Below are positions 19,863 through 30,277 of a stretch of 64,000 bases of DNA, piece by piece (within the stretch, counting starts at the first letter, position 1; every line of letters begins with the position of its first letter). The notes below the pieces were generated by a model, which saw only the letters and a list, made by a program, of their open reading frames with translations, did no database searches and had not been told where the DNA came from. A program made the translations under genes and the position numbers. Location: IMG/VR virus record IMGVR_UViG_3300020166_000012. One strand, given 5' to 3'. The stretch comes from an uncultured virus (IMG/VR IMGVR_UViG_3300020166_000012) (lineage: Duplodnaviria; Heunggongvirae; Uroviricota; Caudoviricetes).

Positions 19863-20564
19863 CTATAAAGTTGTAGTTGATGGGAGTCCTTGCACTTTAG
19901 TATAATGTTCTTTTGTCACCCCAAGAAAGTAAAAAAGTTGTCTACACATCAAAGCATCATTTGGCCATAGACCAATTTGTGGATTATGGACGGCATCAAT
20001 AAGTTCACTTGCAGCCGTTGGTGTAATTATATATGCAGAATTTCCGGCCAACCCCTGCGGAATTTTTTGATCATTATCAATCCAAGGGACGATTTGATAT
20101 TTCGAACTATTAGCATTTATTGCATCGCGATATACTGATGCCCGTCTTGTTGCACCGATTGGATTATTAATACCTAATACCTGATAAATAGTAAAATTGA
20201 TATCAAAGTCTATTTTTTTTGTAAATACTGCATCATGTTCAAGAATTAAAATATTTTCATTAGTTTCTTTGCATTTTTTCCATAGTAAATAATGGCTCAT
20301 TGAACAGGCCATTCTTTTATTTTTATTTGCAGTTGGATATGCTTTTTTTAATAATCCAGTACCAAAGTCAATGGTTTCACCAGACCAGGGATAATTCCAT
20401 ATAACATTATGATCTCTCATTTCTTTATGTACCGTTTCAGGCGTTACGGCATTAAATTGCTCAAGTTGAAACTCATTGTATACCCGATATGAACTTTCAA
20501 CAAGTGTTGCATAGCCCTTTTCAGAAATTGCGTCTCCTTCAATTACAATAGCATATGCTTTCAT
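19863..20564 (-). CDS. glycosyltransferase family 25-like protein
   Basis: CSMSHYLLW, ILILEHDA, GNSAYII. Confidence 0.8.
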   Translation of the reverse strand: MKAYAIVIEGDAISEKGYATLVESSYRVYNEFQLEQFNAVTPETVHKEMRDHNVIWNYPWSGETIDFGTGLLKKAYPTANKNKRMACSMSHYLLWKKCKETNENILILEHDAVFTKKIDFDINFTIYQVLGINNPIGATRRASVYRDAINANSSKYQIVPWIDNDQKIPQGLAGNSAYIITPTAASELIDAVHNPQIGLWPNDALMCRQLFYFLGVTKEHYTKVQGLPSTTTL

Positions 20565-21079
20565 TTGTTCAACTTATTTTTGTGTGGAAATATTGGGTCA
20601 ATTGGATTTACATCAAGGAAGTCTGTCAATAGCTTTGTACTATCTCCACCAATAATATCAAGCACAAGCAAATCATTTGGTCGTTTCCAAAAATATTCGA
20701 GCACATCCTTATTATGAGAGTCATATGCTAAAGAAGCCTGTTCTCGATTAGGAAATGGTGAACCATAGACTCGAGTCCGAATGTCTACCTGACGTTGAGC
20801 CATGTTCCATCCACGCTTTCTTTCAAGGTATGGTACAATTGAATCCAACCAGTCTTTCTTATTACGAATAGTAATGATAAACTTAGAGTTTGGAAACTTC
20901 TGGTCGAGCTCTTTATACACCGGAATCACTGGAATGTCAGTGGCACCGTCTTTATGAAATCCCCAAAGTTCTTTTTCACTCGGATAGTGTACAACATCGT
21001 ATCCAAGTTCAATTAACGTTTCATTAAGTGTGGTTGTACCTGTACGTGATAGTCCAAGTCCAAAAATTTTAGATCTCAT
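20561..21079 (-). CDS. sulfotransferase-family P-loop protein
   Basis: GLGLSRTGTTTL, FIITIR...W..S. Confidence 0.8.
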   Translation of the reverse strand: MRSKIFGLGLSRTGTTTLNETLIELGYDVVHYPSEKELWGFHKDGATDIPVIPVYKELDQKFPNSKFIITIRNKKDWLDSIVPYLERKRGWNMAQRQVDIRTRVYGSPFPNREQASLAYDSHNKDVLEYFWKRPNDLLVLDIIGGDSTKLLTDFLDVNPIDPIFPHKNKLNK

Positions 21080-21878
21080 AATTCCATTCTTCTCTTGGTA
21101 AATTTACAACTCTTAGCAATTGCTCTTCGGTCATATTATCAGCACCAGGAAATTGGCAATGTACAAATCGGGTGCTTTCATCTCGGTGATCTATAATTCG
21201 CCGCTTTGGATTTATTTTGTCTTTTGTTCCGTGCACATAGCTATTCCAACCATTATGCATTTCAAGCATATTCATATTAGTAGCAAATATCATAGCATGT
21301 AGATATGGTTGGTCACACGTATAAAATGAATTAAGACCGGATTTATTTATTAGCTTAACGTAATCATCAAACGCAACCCATTTTTCTCGGGCATGTTGCA
21401 TTCCTTTATTAGAATACATTACAACACCGGTATTATAAACTTGTACTAGCCCATCTTCGGTACGCGGAACTTCTATACCATATTGCGCTTTTACTATCTG
21501 CGCCCATTTTTCATCTGTTTGACTTGTTATACGGCCAAGAGTAATTGTTCTTTGTTGCGGTTGAAACGGTTCAGTACAAATACCAATGTCCGCATCAAAG
21601 CCTTCGAAAATATTTTCTTTTAATCCATTAACCGGAAAAACATCAGTATCAGCAAATAAGACATTATCATATTCATTATATGGCGATTCAAACACGGGTT
21701 TAAAGGCACCGTAGTGTGGAGAATAGTTACCGAATCGCCGATCGTGAATATATTTAGGATTATCTTCAAATATATAATCAGCGCCAATGCGACTAGCATA
21801 AGCTTTCATTGCGTTCACACCGGCATGCACTGATTCTCTTACTGGCCCGTCCCAATATTGATAGATTAAATTTTTCAT
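21069..21878 (-). CDS. GT-A glycosyltransferase-like protein
   Basis: VLFADTDV, YNTGVV, DQPYL, WN. Confidence 0.75.
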   Translation of the reverse strand: MKNLIYQYWDGPVRESVHAGVNAMKAYASRIGADYIFEDNPKYIHDRRFGNYSPHYGAFKPVFESPYNEYDNVLFADTDVFPVNGLKENIFEGFDADIGICTEPFQPQQRTITLGRITSQTDEKWAQIVKAQYGIEVPRTEDGLVQVYNTGVVMYSNKGMQHAREKWVAFDDYVKLINKSGLNSFYTCDQPYLHAMIFATNMNMLEMHNGWNSYVHGTKDKINPKRRIIDHRDESTRFVHCQFPGADNMTEEQLLRVVNLPREEWNYEI

Positions 21879-21879
21879 T

Positions 21880-22548
21880 TTATGCCTTATAATAAAACCA
21901 ATCCTGTGGTTTATTTCTCGTTTGATAATAGTGTATGTATCCAAGATCTGTTAGAATTTTATTTGATTGAGTCATAACACCTGGATTTTCTGGATGATTT
22001 TCAATTTGTATAATAGGCGAATTGTTTTTTAGTGTTTCGATCATTCCATTTAGAACGGGAATATTGTATCCTTCAACATCAATCTTAATCAAGTCTACAT
22101 CTGTAAGATTAAGACTATCAATTGTAATTCCTTTTACCTTAATAGGAGTGGCGATGTCTTCAAATCGAGCGTTTTCTTTAAAATAACGGCTATTTAATAA
22201 TCTTTCCATGTCAGAATAGTTTACCATTCCACACCCACTATTATGCGGATTCGTAAACATCTCTAGTTCTTGTTCTTTATCAGTAACAGCATTGAAATAT
22301 AGTGTAACATTATTGAACTGTTTTGTGTTTTCCTGAAGATAATCGCCAAGGATAGGTTCAAAGGAATGTACGTGTTCAAAGTGTTCAGCAAAACGCAGAG
22401 TGGTCAAACCAATATGGGCGCCGATGTCGAGACAAGTGCGTTTATTTTTTAACTGGCGTTTAATTATTTCCCAATCGCTTTCACCCCAGTTTTTGAGTTC
22501 TTCTTGAGTTCTGCGTTGAAATACAACGTCATTTGGCGTCTTAATCAT
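21880..22548 (-). CDS. FkbM-family methyltransferase
   Basis: LDIGAHIG, FEP, IKIDVEG. Confidence 0.9.
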   Translation of the reverse strand: MIKTPNDVVFQRRTQEELKNWGESDWEIIKRQLKNKRTCLDIGAHIGLTTLRFAEHFEHVHSFEPILGDYLQENTKQFNNVTLYFNAVTDKEQELEMFTNPHNSGCGMVNYSDMERLLNSRYFKENARFEDIATPIKVKGITIDSLNLTDVDLIKIDVEGYNIPVLNGMIETLKNNSPIIQIENHPENPGVMTQSNKILTDLGYIHYYQTRNKPQDWFYYKA

Positions 22549-23213
22549 ATGATTCCTCTTTCTACTAAAGAGCGGTAGTTATCAATCTTTGGCGCTTTTT
22601 TACCACCAGGTTTTATTTTTGATCGAATATGAATAATTTCAGCTTGGTCAACCCCTTCATCAAAGCTTGAATGATTCCATTGCTGCCGATCTAAATAGGC
22701 TTCTTGAGTATTTTTTATACCAGCTAAAAATGCCAATCTATGCATTATACCTTCGTCATTAAAGTTATTATTAAATTTCATTGCATCGTCAAGATTATAA
22801 TGCCTGCGCAATTTTTTTCTTATCTTTTTTTCCAAGCGATAAATAGATCCGCCCCAATATGCATAATTAGGATCACCTAATGTAGGAAACCGTTTATGTA
22901 AATTTTTAGCCAACATTGGTTGAATACCAAAATTACGACCAATGCCTTTTTCATCGGTAAAAATATTTTTTGTAGCACCCTTACGCCGAAACATATCAAT
23001 ATCCATCATGACAACAGTGTCATAATCATCGAGGTCCGAACTTAACATAGCAAGCTTTTGGCTTTGGAGGCTTAGCGCGGGGTTAAATACATGGCCACGA
23101 AGTAGTTGGTAATCTGCGCCACAGTACTCAGCATATTCTCGGATACTCTCTTGTGAACGTTTTTCTAATTCACGCAGATCACCAGCCCAGTGCTGTAATA
23201 TAATATTTTTCAT
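22545..23213 (-). CDS. glycosyltransferase-like protein
   Basis: VMMDIDM (DxD), NDEG. Confidence 0.65.
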   Translation of the reverse strand: MKNIILQHWAGDLRELEKRSQESIREYAEYCGADYQLLRGHVFNPALSLQSQKLAMLSSDLDDYDTVVMMDIDMFRRKGATKNIFTDEKGIGRNFGIQPMLAKNLHKRFPTLGDPNYAYWGGSIYRLEKKIRKKLRRHYNLDDAMKFNNNFNDEGIMHRLAFLAGIKNTQEAYLDRQQWNHSSFDEGVDQAEIIHIRSKIKPGGKKAPKIDNYRSLVERGII

Positions 23214-23320
23214 TCTAATGGTTCCTTTGAAAAGAAATAATCATGTTGAATTAGTATTTTTTTATTTCTTAGATGGTCTTTAATTTTTTTCTTTTACGTA
23301 AGTGTCAAGGCGAGAGGTTG

Positions 23321-24043
23321 CTATAAGAATTGCGGCCAGTTTTTTCCTATAGCAGGAGCCATATTAATACACCCTCCTTTATATGTGGTATGGTTATTTT
23401 TCCCATTGCTACACAAAATTTGATACCATCCCCATTCGGCCGGCAATAATTCTTTTTTTTCATGTAAGCTATTAACCATATCTACATTCCATATTTCGGG
23501 TGTATGCATGATAAGACTATCCGGACTAATCATTTTCCACCATCTAGGATTATTTTTTGTCATGTTGTGTTTTACAGGAAAGTCTAACAATTTAGTATCC
23601 ATCACTCCCCAGCCCAGTCCAACGGGGCCCTCATCTTTAGCCTTTTCTAAAAAGCATGCATAATTCAATGCGTCAGAAAAATATAAATCCCATCTAACTC
23701 TTACTATAACATCATATTTTTTATTCAATTTTGCCACAAGAGAATTATGAGCTAAAATTTGTTTTGTGCCGTAATCTAACTTTTGAGTTTTTTTATACTT
23801 TTTTCTTTTTGAATCAAAATATTCTCCAGCATATACAGTAGTATCTTTTATTGGACTATAGTCTATTATAGGTTCTGGTTCAATGACCATATTTTCATAT
23901 TTTTTTAAAAGACAATTATCCCACGTGTGGTAAAAATAATCTGCAGTAAAATTTTTAAATGCAGCTTTCATTCTAGCATTTAATGTTTCAAACTGAATAT
24001 TAGTTTTTCTTTGTTGACCGCTTACACAGACTGCTATTTTCAT
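23321..24043 (-). CDS. putative glycosyltransferase-like protein
   Basis: KIAVCVSGQ.R, HTW, YDVIVRVRWD. Confidence 0.6.
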   Translation of the reverse strand: MKIAVCVSGQQRKTNIQFETLNARMKAAFKNFTADYFYHTWDNCLLKKYENMVIEPEPIIDYSPIKDTTVYAGEYFDSKRKKYKKTQKLDYGTKQILAHNSLVAKLNKKYDVIVRVRWDLYFSDALNYACFLEKAKDEGPVGLGWGVMDTKLLDFPVKHNMTKNNPRWWKMISPDSLIMHTPEIWNVDMVNSLHEKKELLPAEWGWYQILCSNGKNNHTTYKGGCINMAPAIGKNWPQFL

Positions 24044-24483
24044 TTTTTCATTTTTGTTTGATCTACAATTTTTTGTTTAATAATTGTAGAGCTAACACCT
24101 TTTGTATAAGGTATATATACCATGACTATATCCCTCAAGTCTAACCATTCTTGACTAAATCCCATTTGATTGTAATAGTCTCTAGATGCCCAATCAGTAC
24201 CAATTGCAATAATATGCGGTTGAACCTTTTCAATAGCTTGTGTACTATCGGTATCTCCAATATTGCGAACAACCTTATCACAATAAATACACGAATCAAG
24301 TATAAGTTTTCGTTCTTCAAATGAATGAAACGGATTAAATCCCTTATAATCTCGTATGAACTTGTCACTATTTAAAGATACCACCACAATATCAGCAATC
24401 AATTTACAACGTGATAAAAAATTCACGTGGCCGGCATGAAATAAATCAAATGTTCCACCAGTATATAATATCCTTTCGGTCAT
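24040..24483 (-). CDS. cytidylyltransferase (TagD/RfaE-like)
   Basis: GTFDLFHAGH, GTDW, GVSST. Confidence 0.9.
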   Translation of the reverse strand: MTERILYTGGTFDLFHAGHVNFLSRCKLIADIVVVSLNSDKFIRDYKGFNPFHSFEERKLILDSCIYCDKVVRNIGDTDSTQAIEKVQPHIIAIGTDWASRDYYNQMGFSQEWLDLRDIVMVYIPYTKGVSSTIIKQKIVDQTKMKK

Positions 24484-25271
24484 TATTCTACCGCTTTCAT
24501 TAATTCTTCTATATTTTCACCCTTGTACGGAAGCTTATCTTTTAAGAAAAAGTGCACAAAATGTGCTTCCTTAACTTTATTTTCAGGTATTGCATTAAAC
24601 AATGCGTTCCATTTAAAATTCATATGAGCAACATTCATTTTTTCTTCTTTAACCCAAACATTAAGAAGGGTTTGATCGGTTGACCATTTCCAATTACCCA
24701 TGCCATCAATAAAAGGTTTAAAATCAGGTCTTCTTAAAAACTGATTTGGGGTTTCGCCTTTAAGATATTTAAGAATAGCTTTTGAATTTAATACCATCAT
24801 ACCCATATTAAAAAACTCCCCGCCAGAAGCATTCCATTTCCAATCAATGCTACGAAGAGTTCCGTATTGCATTTTAGAATATCCAATAATTTTGCGTTTG
24901 TATTCTTCGGTAATAGGCATTTCTCTTTCGCAAACAAAACCAGCATCAACATCATCTGGCAAATCATCAAAAATGTTTGGTGCACCTGGTCGAATCCAGA
25001 TGTCAGCATCAATAATTGCTACTTGATCATATTTTGGTAAGTAGGTAAAGGCGTTTTCTTTTTCAAAGATAGGCAGATATCCACCATGCTTTTCATAAGA
25101 TTCTTTACTTCTATTTGTTGCAAAGACATCTGGCTTAATCATTAAGATAGGAGACTTTTGAACGATATGTTCAATATTATGGGCTTTGCAGTATTGCGCC
25201 ACCGATTCAACACAATGGTTATACAATGTTGAGCGTTTGCCCACACATACTTGATATATCATTCGTTTCAT
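24483..25271 (-). CDS. GT-A (GT8-like) glycosyltransferase
   Basis: IIDADI, FNMG, DQTLLN, HFVHF; start reassigned to MKRMIY. Confidence 0.75.
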   Translation of the reverse strand: MKRMIYQVCVGKRSTLYNHCVESVAQYCKAHNIEHIVQKSPILMIKPDVFATNRSKESYEKHGGYLPIFEKENAFTYLPKYDQVAIIDADIWIRPGAPNIFDDLPDDVDAGFVCEREMPITEEYKRKIIGYSKMQYGTLRSIDWKWNASGGEFFNMGMMVLNSKAILKYLKGETPNQFLRRPDFKPFIDGMGNWKWSTDQTLLNVWVKEEKMNVAHMNFKWNALFNAIPENKVKEAHFVHFFLKDKLPYKGENIEELMKAVE

Positions 25272-25281
25272 TATTTTATTC

Positions 25282-25716
25282 CTATCCGGTTTTTGGTTGA
25301 GCTTCTTTTGCCGAGAACTCTTCAACAATTTCGCCCTCCATAAACTCTTTAACAATTTCCGGTTGGGTTTCGGCTTCTTTAACAATTTCTGGTTTTGGTT
25401 GAGCTTCTTTAACAATTTCTGGTTTTGGTTGAGCTTCTTTAACAATTTCTGGTTTTGGTTGAGCTTCTTTAACAATTTCTGGTTTTGGTTGAGCTTCTGC
25501 TGCTAAAAACTTTTCAACAATGGTATTTATTTTATCATAAACTGCACCAACAATAGAAAGATTTTGTGCAGTAAATACGCCAGCTTTAGTAGACGCGTCA
25601 ATTACTTGCCGTACAACTACCAGATCATTAATATCTAAATTTGTTGATTGTGACGCTGGTGGGCTAGATTTAACAGCAGCTTTACTTTTGGGCGCTGATT
25701 TTGTTTTTTTGGTCAT
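25282..25716 (-). CDS. hypothetical protein with EAQPKPEIVK repeats
   Basis: Globular N-terminal half plus repetitive tail. Confidence 0.7.
   Translation of the reverse strand: MTKKTKSAPKSKAAVKSSPPASQSTNLDINDLVVVRQVIDASTKAGVFTAQNLSIVGAVYDKINTIVEKFLAAEAQPKPEIVKEAQPKPEIVKEAQPKPEIVKEAQPKPEIVKEAETQPEIVKEFMEGEIVEEFSAKEAQPKTG
25346..25498. repeat. 30-bp tandem repeat, about 5 copies
   Basis: aacaatttctggttttggttgagcttcttt x4 plus one degenerate copy. Confidence 0.95.
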
Positions 25717-25915
25717 GTGTAATTTCCTTTAGCATAATTTTACATAATTTTTTAGTTTCATCAAAAGTAGATTTAAATCTATTTTGCCGATATCCATTCT
25801 TCAAAAACCATTTAATATTATCTATTGTACCAGTTTTTCTATCGGTTGGCAAATTTAGATCATTAAATAATTTTTCGACGCTAGATCTTAATACTAGAAT
25901 TTGAAATATATTCAT
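25682..25915 (-). CDS. hypothetical protein
   Basis: NIKWFLKNG motif. Confidence 0.55.
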   Translation of the reverse strand: MNIFQILVLRSSVEKLFNDLNLPTDRKTGTIDNIKWFLKNGYRQNRFKSTFDETKKLCKIMLKEITHDQKNKISAQK

Positions 25916-25918
25916 TAC

Positions 25919-26512
25919 TTATCCTACAATATAGTTATAAATTTCTTTCCAGTTTTTCATAACTGGCAATTGTTCATATAGCATATTATGAGAATGCTCC
26001 ATAATAATCGATTCAAGACCTAAACGATCCCCTAATTCGGCATTTTCAATTTTATCTTCTACCCATATATATCCGCTATTTTCATAAGGGGCAAGAACTT
26101 CATCTTTATCAGCGCCAGTATCGGTAAAGATAAACTGTTCAAATGCCGTTTTACCAAAAAGTTTCTTAGTATTTTTAATCCGTAAGGCTTGAGCTGTTGG
26201 ATCTAGCGACAAAGAAGTAATCATATGGAAAACATACCCGTGCTTGCGATGTAATAGATCAATATAATGCATAGCGTCGCGTAATGGCGGTAAAAATCCA
26301 ATAGTTGAAGATTCATTAAAAAAGCGGACAAGCTCTTCTTTTTTATCAGACGTAAGATTGTATCGTGTGCCAATATCATATGCGTCTGGATCACCAGTTT
26401 TTTCATAACCATGATGTTCCATCCAAACAGTAAAGGCGTACTCCCAATTAAGTAGCACACCATCGCAGTCCGTTAGAATGACTTTATCTAGGTTGTTCAA
26501 TTTTTTCATCAT
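25919..26512 (-). CDS. HAD-superfamily hydrolase (T4 30.2-like)
   Basis: LTDCDGVL, ITS, WVEDK; early promoter at 26537-26566. Confidence 0.85.
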   Translation of the reverse strand: MMKKLNNLDKVILTDCDGVLLNWEYAFTVWMEHHGYEKTGDPDAYDIGTRYNLTSDKKEELVRFFNESSTIGFLPPLRDAMHYIDLLHRKHGYVFHMITSLSLDPTAQALRIKNTKKLFGKTAFEQFIFTDTGADKDEVLAPYENSGYIWVEDKIENAELGDRLGLESIIMEHSHNMLYEQLPVMKNWKEIYNYIVG

Positions 26513-26761
26513 GTAGTTCTCCATTAATATAATATTATTATAGCGTTTGATTAATGGATTGTACACCCTTATTTTTAATTTAATAGATTATTTTTTTATC
26601 ATAGTGTCATTATCATCACTAAAATATAATAATTCTATAGGTTTAATTTTTTTTTCTTTTTCAATAGATTTTATTTTAAAATCTTTTTCAATTGATCGAA
26701 TTTTTTGCTGCCCTCTTTTTTTATTACGAGGGTCGTATCTTCCAAATTTTGCCATAATATA

Positions 26762-27019
26762 TTAAAAATCACTTTCCCCATGACCACCAGCGGTATTTTC
26801 TATTTCTACTGCAAATTCTTGATATCCACCAATGTGTTTATCATGCCAAAAAATTTGTGGTACAGTTTTTGCATTTGGTACTAATTTAAACATTTCATCT
26901 CTTTTGCCTGGTTCATTAATATCTATATAGTTATAATCAAGCTGCCATTCAGTTGCTAATCGCACAGCTCTTTTGCAATATACACAGCCTTCTTTTCCGT
27001 AAATTTTTATTACACCCAT
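26762..27019 (-). CDS. nrdC: glutaredoxin
   Basis: CVYC, TVPQIF, IGGY. Confidence 0.9.
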   Translation of the reverse strand: MGVIKIYGKEGCVYCKRAVRLATEWQLDYNYIDINEPGKRDEMFKLVPNAKTVPQIFWHDKHIGGYQEFAVEIENTAGGHGESDF

Positions 27020-27627
27020 GTTAATACTTCCGCTAAATTTGGTCTATCTTCAGTTGAATTTTTATATTTTAATACATCTGCATAGCCAGCAGACATTAAA
27101 AATTGTACATCGTCTTCTATAAAATCAAGTTTATTATCTAGCCATATTTCTTTTTTAACATTAAAATCTGCAAAGCATAATGTATAAGAAACATCTAGGC
27201 CAGCTTCAATTAATAAACCACTTAAAATGGTAGCATGCATTCCTATTTCAATATTTGTATTTTTTAAAGTATAATGAGTTTTATAAATTGCTGGATCCAT
27301 TGGTGGCTGCTTATGACCACCTGATAAATCGCTTTGTACTTTTGCATTTCCGGTAGCAAGTCTTACAGTATAAATGAATTGATAAGGCGCAGTTAATAAA
27401 TTATAATTTGATCTTACCCTACTATACGCCGAAACATTATATAACCCCTGATTTATATTTTTATTAAATGGGCCAACCGCATAAACTTTATACGGTATTA
27501 AATTTTGTTTTGATGCCACAATATCATGCGTGCTTGTCAAAGCATCTGATATAATTGTTTTATCGGGGGCGCGGGTTTCATCATACCATCTAATTTGATT
27601 GCGTTTTGCAAAGGTATTATAAATCAT
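27010..27627 (-). CDS. nitroreductase-like protein
   Basis: R..IR, ASKQNLIPY, GLDVSY...GY. Confidence 0.6.
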   Translation of the reverse strand: MIYNTFAKRNQIRWYDETRAPDKTIISDALTSTHDIVASKQNLIPYKVYAVGPFNKNINQGLYNVSAYSRVRSNYNLLTAPYQFIYTVRLATGNAKVQSDLSGGHKQPPMDPAIYKTHYTLKNTNIEIGMHATILSGLLIEAGLDVSYTLCFADFNVKKEIWLDNKLDFIEDDVQFLMSAGYADVLKYKNSTEDRPNLAEVLTWV

Positions 27628-27636
27628 AATAAATCC

Positions 27637-28320
27637 TTATAAATTAAGCATATCTTTTGTCATAATATAATCTCGAACAAAATCTGAGCGAACAATATCT
27701 GCCCATTCAAAATTAACTATTTTGAAAAACCGCATTTGTTCAATAATAGATACAAATTGTAAAATGCCGTCTTTTTCATCTTTATATTTAAAATCGGTTT
27801 GTTTCGAATCACCGCTAAAAATTATTCGGCAATCATTGCCAACTCGAGTAATAACAGAATCCAATTCATGAAAATTAAGATTTTGCATTTCATCAACTAC
27901 AATAATAGTATTATCAAAAGTTGCACCCCTAATATAAGAAGTGGTTTCAAATTCTAATTTCTTTTGAGTAACAAGCTTATTATATGCGCCGCCATATCCA
28001 AAGATTACGTCACAAATATGTTTATACGGCACTTTATATGGTTCTTCTTTTTCCTCTTTAGTTCCGGGTAAATGGCCAGCATCTCGGGTTGCAACCATAG
28101 ATCTTAATATCATTACTTTACGATATTTATCTGGATTATTAAGCATTTCATAAAATGCAAAATATAGAGCTATAAAAGTTTTACCAGTGCCAGCTGATCC
28201 AGATAAGACTAGATTATACCCATCTTCCCAATGTTCAAAGGCTTTTGATTGCCGTTCGGTAATAGGGTTAAATGGTTCAAGTTCTGCAGCATGGACTTGT
28301 AGACTATTGCTTTTTTTCAT
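27637..28320 (-). CDS. phoH: PhoH-family ATPase
   Basis: GSAGTGKT, RGATF, VDEMQN, GDSKQTD, IVRS. Confidence 0.95.
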   Translation of the reverse strand: MKKSNSLQVHAAELEPFNPITERQSKAFEHWEDGYNLVLSGSAGTGKTFIALYFAFYEMLNNPDKYRKVMILRSMVATRDAGHLPGTKEEKEEPYKVPYKHICDVIFGYGGAYNKLVTQKKLEFETTSYIRGATFDNTIIVVDEMQNLNFHELDSVITRVGNDCRIIFSGDSKQTDFKYKDEKDGILQFVSIIEQMRFFKIVNFEWADIVRSDFVRDYIMTKDMLNL

Positions 28321-28322
28321 AA

Positions 28323-28556
28323 TTAAATTCTTACGTTGTTATTACGGCCCGAACCAGATTTTACTCGGCCCAAAACGTCTTTGAATCCATCTGGCGTTTT
28401 GTTTATAATATTACCAACACCGCTTACAATTTTTGGTGCAGATAATTTTTGAATTACATCAGGCATTTCATTCAAAATAAGTTGCAATTCTTCATATGAA
28501 CATACTACATCCCATTCGTAGGCTGTGGCAGTGTCTCTCAGGGTGTACATAGGCAT
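28323..28556 (-). CDS. FmdB-like small protein
   Basis: MPMYT start; DGFKDVL; sits upstream of phoH. Confidence 0.55.
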   Translation of the reverse strand: MPMYTLRDTATAYEWDVVCSYEELQLILNEMPDVIQKLSAPKIVSGVGNIINKTPDGFKDVLGRVKSGSGRNNNVRI

Positions 28557-28996
28557 TAATCATCTATCTCTTTATCGCCCTCAATTCCAAATAAAACATT
28601 TTGATAAAATTCGTATATATCATCAAAAAGCTTATTGGAATTGAGGTATTGGGCTACATTATTTTTGTTATACAAATTATACTTATAATCTTCTGAAAGC
28701 GTTATATTTAATCCATCAGCATCCCAGATCATGGCTTGTAATAAAGATATTTTGTAATCTTTCATCATTCCAACTAATCTATCAATAAACAGCCTATGAT
28801 TTTTATTACTAGCAATATTTATTTCGTCTATTTGATATTGCAATAAATTAATTAAATCTTCATAATAAGAATCTAGCTCAGTCTCTGGCATTTCTTTCAG
28901 AATTTTTCTTAGTCCACCTTTAAGCGGATAGCCGTGGATATCCTTATATAATTCTGAAACTTTAGTGAACAAATGTTTCGTCATTTTATACAACAC
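28556..28996 (-). CDS. hypothetical protein
   Basis: SELYKDIHGY motif. Confidence 0.65.
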   Translation of the reverse strand: MLYKMTKHLFTKVSELYKDIHGYPLKGGLRKILKEMPETELDSYYEDLINLLQYQIDEINIASNKNHRLFIDRLVGMMKDYKISLLQAMIWDADGLNITLSEDYKYNLYNKNNVAQYLNSNKLFDDIYEFYQNVLFGIEGDKEIDD

Positions 28997-29201
28997 CCCT
29001 TATTAATAATTGGTAATACTTCAGAATTATTTATAAGGAAGATAATAATAATTTAATTATTGATTTTTTTTGTCTTTACATTTTTACGGCGAATTCTTCG
29101 GAATTTAGAATAAAGGCGCACAGTTCGGTCAGTTATTATACGTTTTACATTTTTTCTTCTATGCCGTGCTGCTTCTGATTTTGCAATTCTTTCAGCTTTA
29201 G

Positions 29202-29765
29202 TCATGCTGCAATCTCCTTAAACCAATTTGGTGTTTTACGTTTAGACCAAGACATTTTAAATCTTGCTTGCTTAGTTTGATAGAATGCCCGATATGCCTC
29301 AACCGGATCGTTGAGAGCAATGCATTCTGGATTAGACGCCATAGCCAATTTAAATGGTGTACGTCCAATATCTGGTATTTTAGTAGGAGGTTTTACTAAA
29401 ATATCTTTTAGCTTTGTTATACTGAGATGTTGTTTATTATAGCGATATTCAAATTCTTCGCCAAGCGCAATAAAGTGCTCATAATGCCAATTGTAATTAT
29501 CTTTGGATTCTGCTGTCCATACTGTGCATGGATGATGATAATGAACTGCTTTATATAGCACATTATCCATATTATTGTTGGGGTGAAGGTAATGCCAAAC
29601 CATGCGTTTGCCGGATTTTGATGGCCGTTTTTCAGCGTGACCATCTAGCATACGGTGCACGGTCGAAAGCATTTGTGCTGATTCTAAAATCATTTTAACA
29701 ACATGCTTATCACATTGTTGTTGAGCAGCCTCAATTGGGCATTCAGATAATACAAATAAATTCAT
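29202..29765 (-). CDS. pyrimidine-dimer DNA glycosylase-like protein
   Basis: MNLFVL...CDKHVVKMILESAQMLST...HPCTVW. Confidence 0.7.
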   Translation of the reverse strand: MNLFVLSECPIEAAQQQCDKHVVKMILESAQMLSTVHRMLDGHAEKRPSKSGKRMVWHYLHPNNNMDNVLYKAVHYHHPCTVWTAESKDNYNWHYEHFIALGEEFEYRYNKQHLSITKLKDILVKPPTKIPDIGRTPFKLAMASNPECIALNDPVEAYRAFYQTKQARFKMSWSKRKTPNWFKEIAA

Positions 29766-29822
29766 AATAATATCTCCAAGTTATATACTATATTACCACA
29801 TTTAAAGTGGATTGTAAATAGC

Positions 29823-30065
29823 TTATTTCTTTTTTGCGATATTTTTTGTTTTTGTTTTAACCACAATTTTTTCTTTTTTTTGTAATTTTATTCTCATATT
29901 AAAATGGTTAGCGCATGCAAATTCGGTTTGTTTATCGGTCCAATTAAATTTTTTTGATATTCGAGATAACATTTTAATCCGAGTATCTGCAGCGCCATCC
30001 CACTTAGAAATAGCTTCCCAAAGAATTTTATCTATTTCTATCCAATTCATGTAATCTATAGCCAT
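29823..30065 (-). CDS. hypothetical protein
   Basis: Packed ORF. Confidence 0.55.
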   Translation of the reverse strand: MAIDYMNWIEIDKILWEAISKWDGAADTRIKMLSRISKKFNWTDKQTEFACANHFNMRIKLQKKEKIVVKTKTKNIAKKK

Positions 30066-30085
30066 AATCTAATATTTTATACTTT

Positions 30086-30259
30086 CTAATGCGTTGTCAC
30101 TAATTCGGTTTTCTTTGATGATATATAGGATTCAATATATTGTTTTTTCACTATGACCTTTTTAGCTAGGTCTTGCTTTCCTTCTTTTCTGAGTTCGTTT
30201 GCAAAAATTTCGAGTTGAGCTGAATCTTCTTGTAATCTCTTCAGTTGTTGCTCTAGCAT
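30086..30259 (-). CDS. small coiled-coil protein
   Basis: AAGGAAG RBS before MLEQQL. Confidence 0.6.
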   Translation of the reverse strand: MLEQQLKRLQEDSAQLEIFANELRKEGKQDLAKKVIVKKQYIESYISSKKTELVTTH

Positions 30260-30277
30260 CAGACTTCCTTTAAAGTG

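Noticed and set aside
23214..23320. Intergenic stretch reading ...HDYFFSKE, like the tail of a lost gene
   Set aside because: Too short to assign; at most a remnant of gene replacement.
25272..25475. N-terminal extension (LKKLNQNQKL repeats) of the 330-aa ORF
   Set aside because: It is an alternative frame of the neighbouring tandem repeat; the likely start is 25271.
25346..25498. Possible CRISPR array
   Set aside because: Units are contiguous with no spacers and translate in frame; no cas genes in the window.
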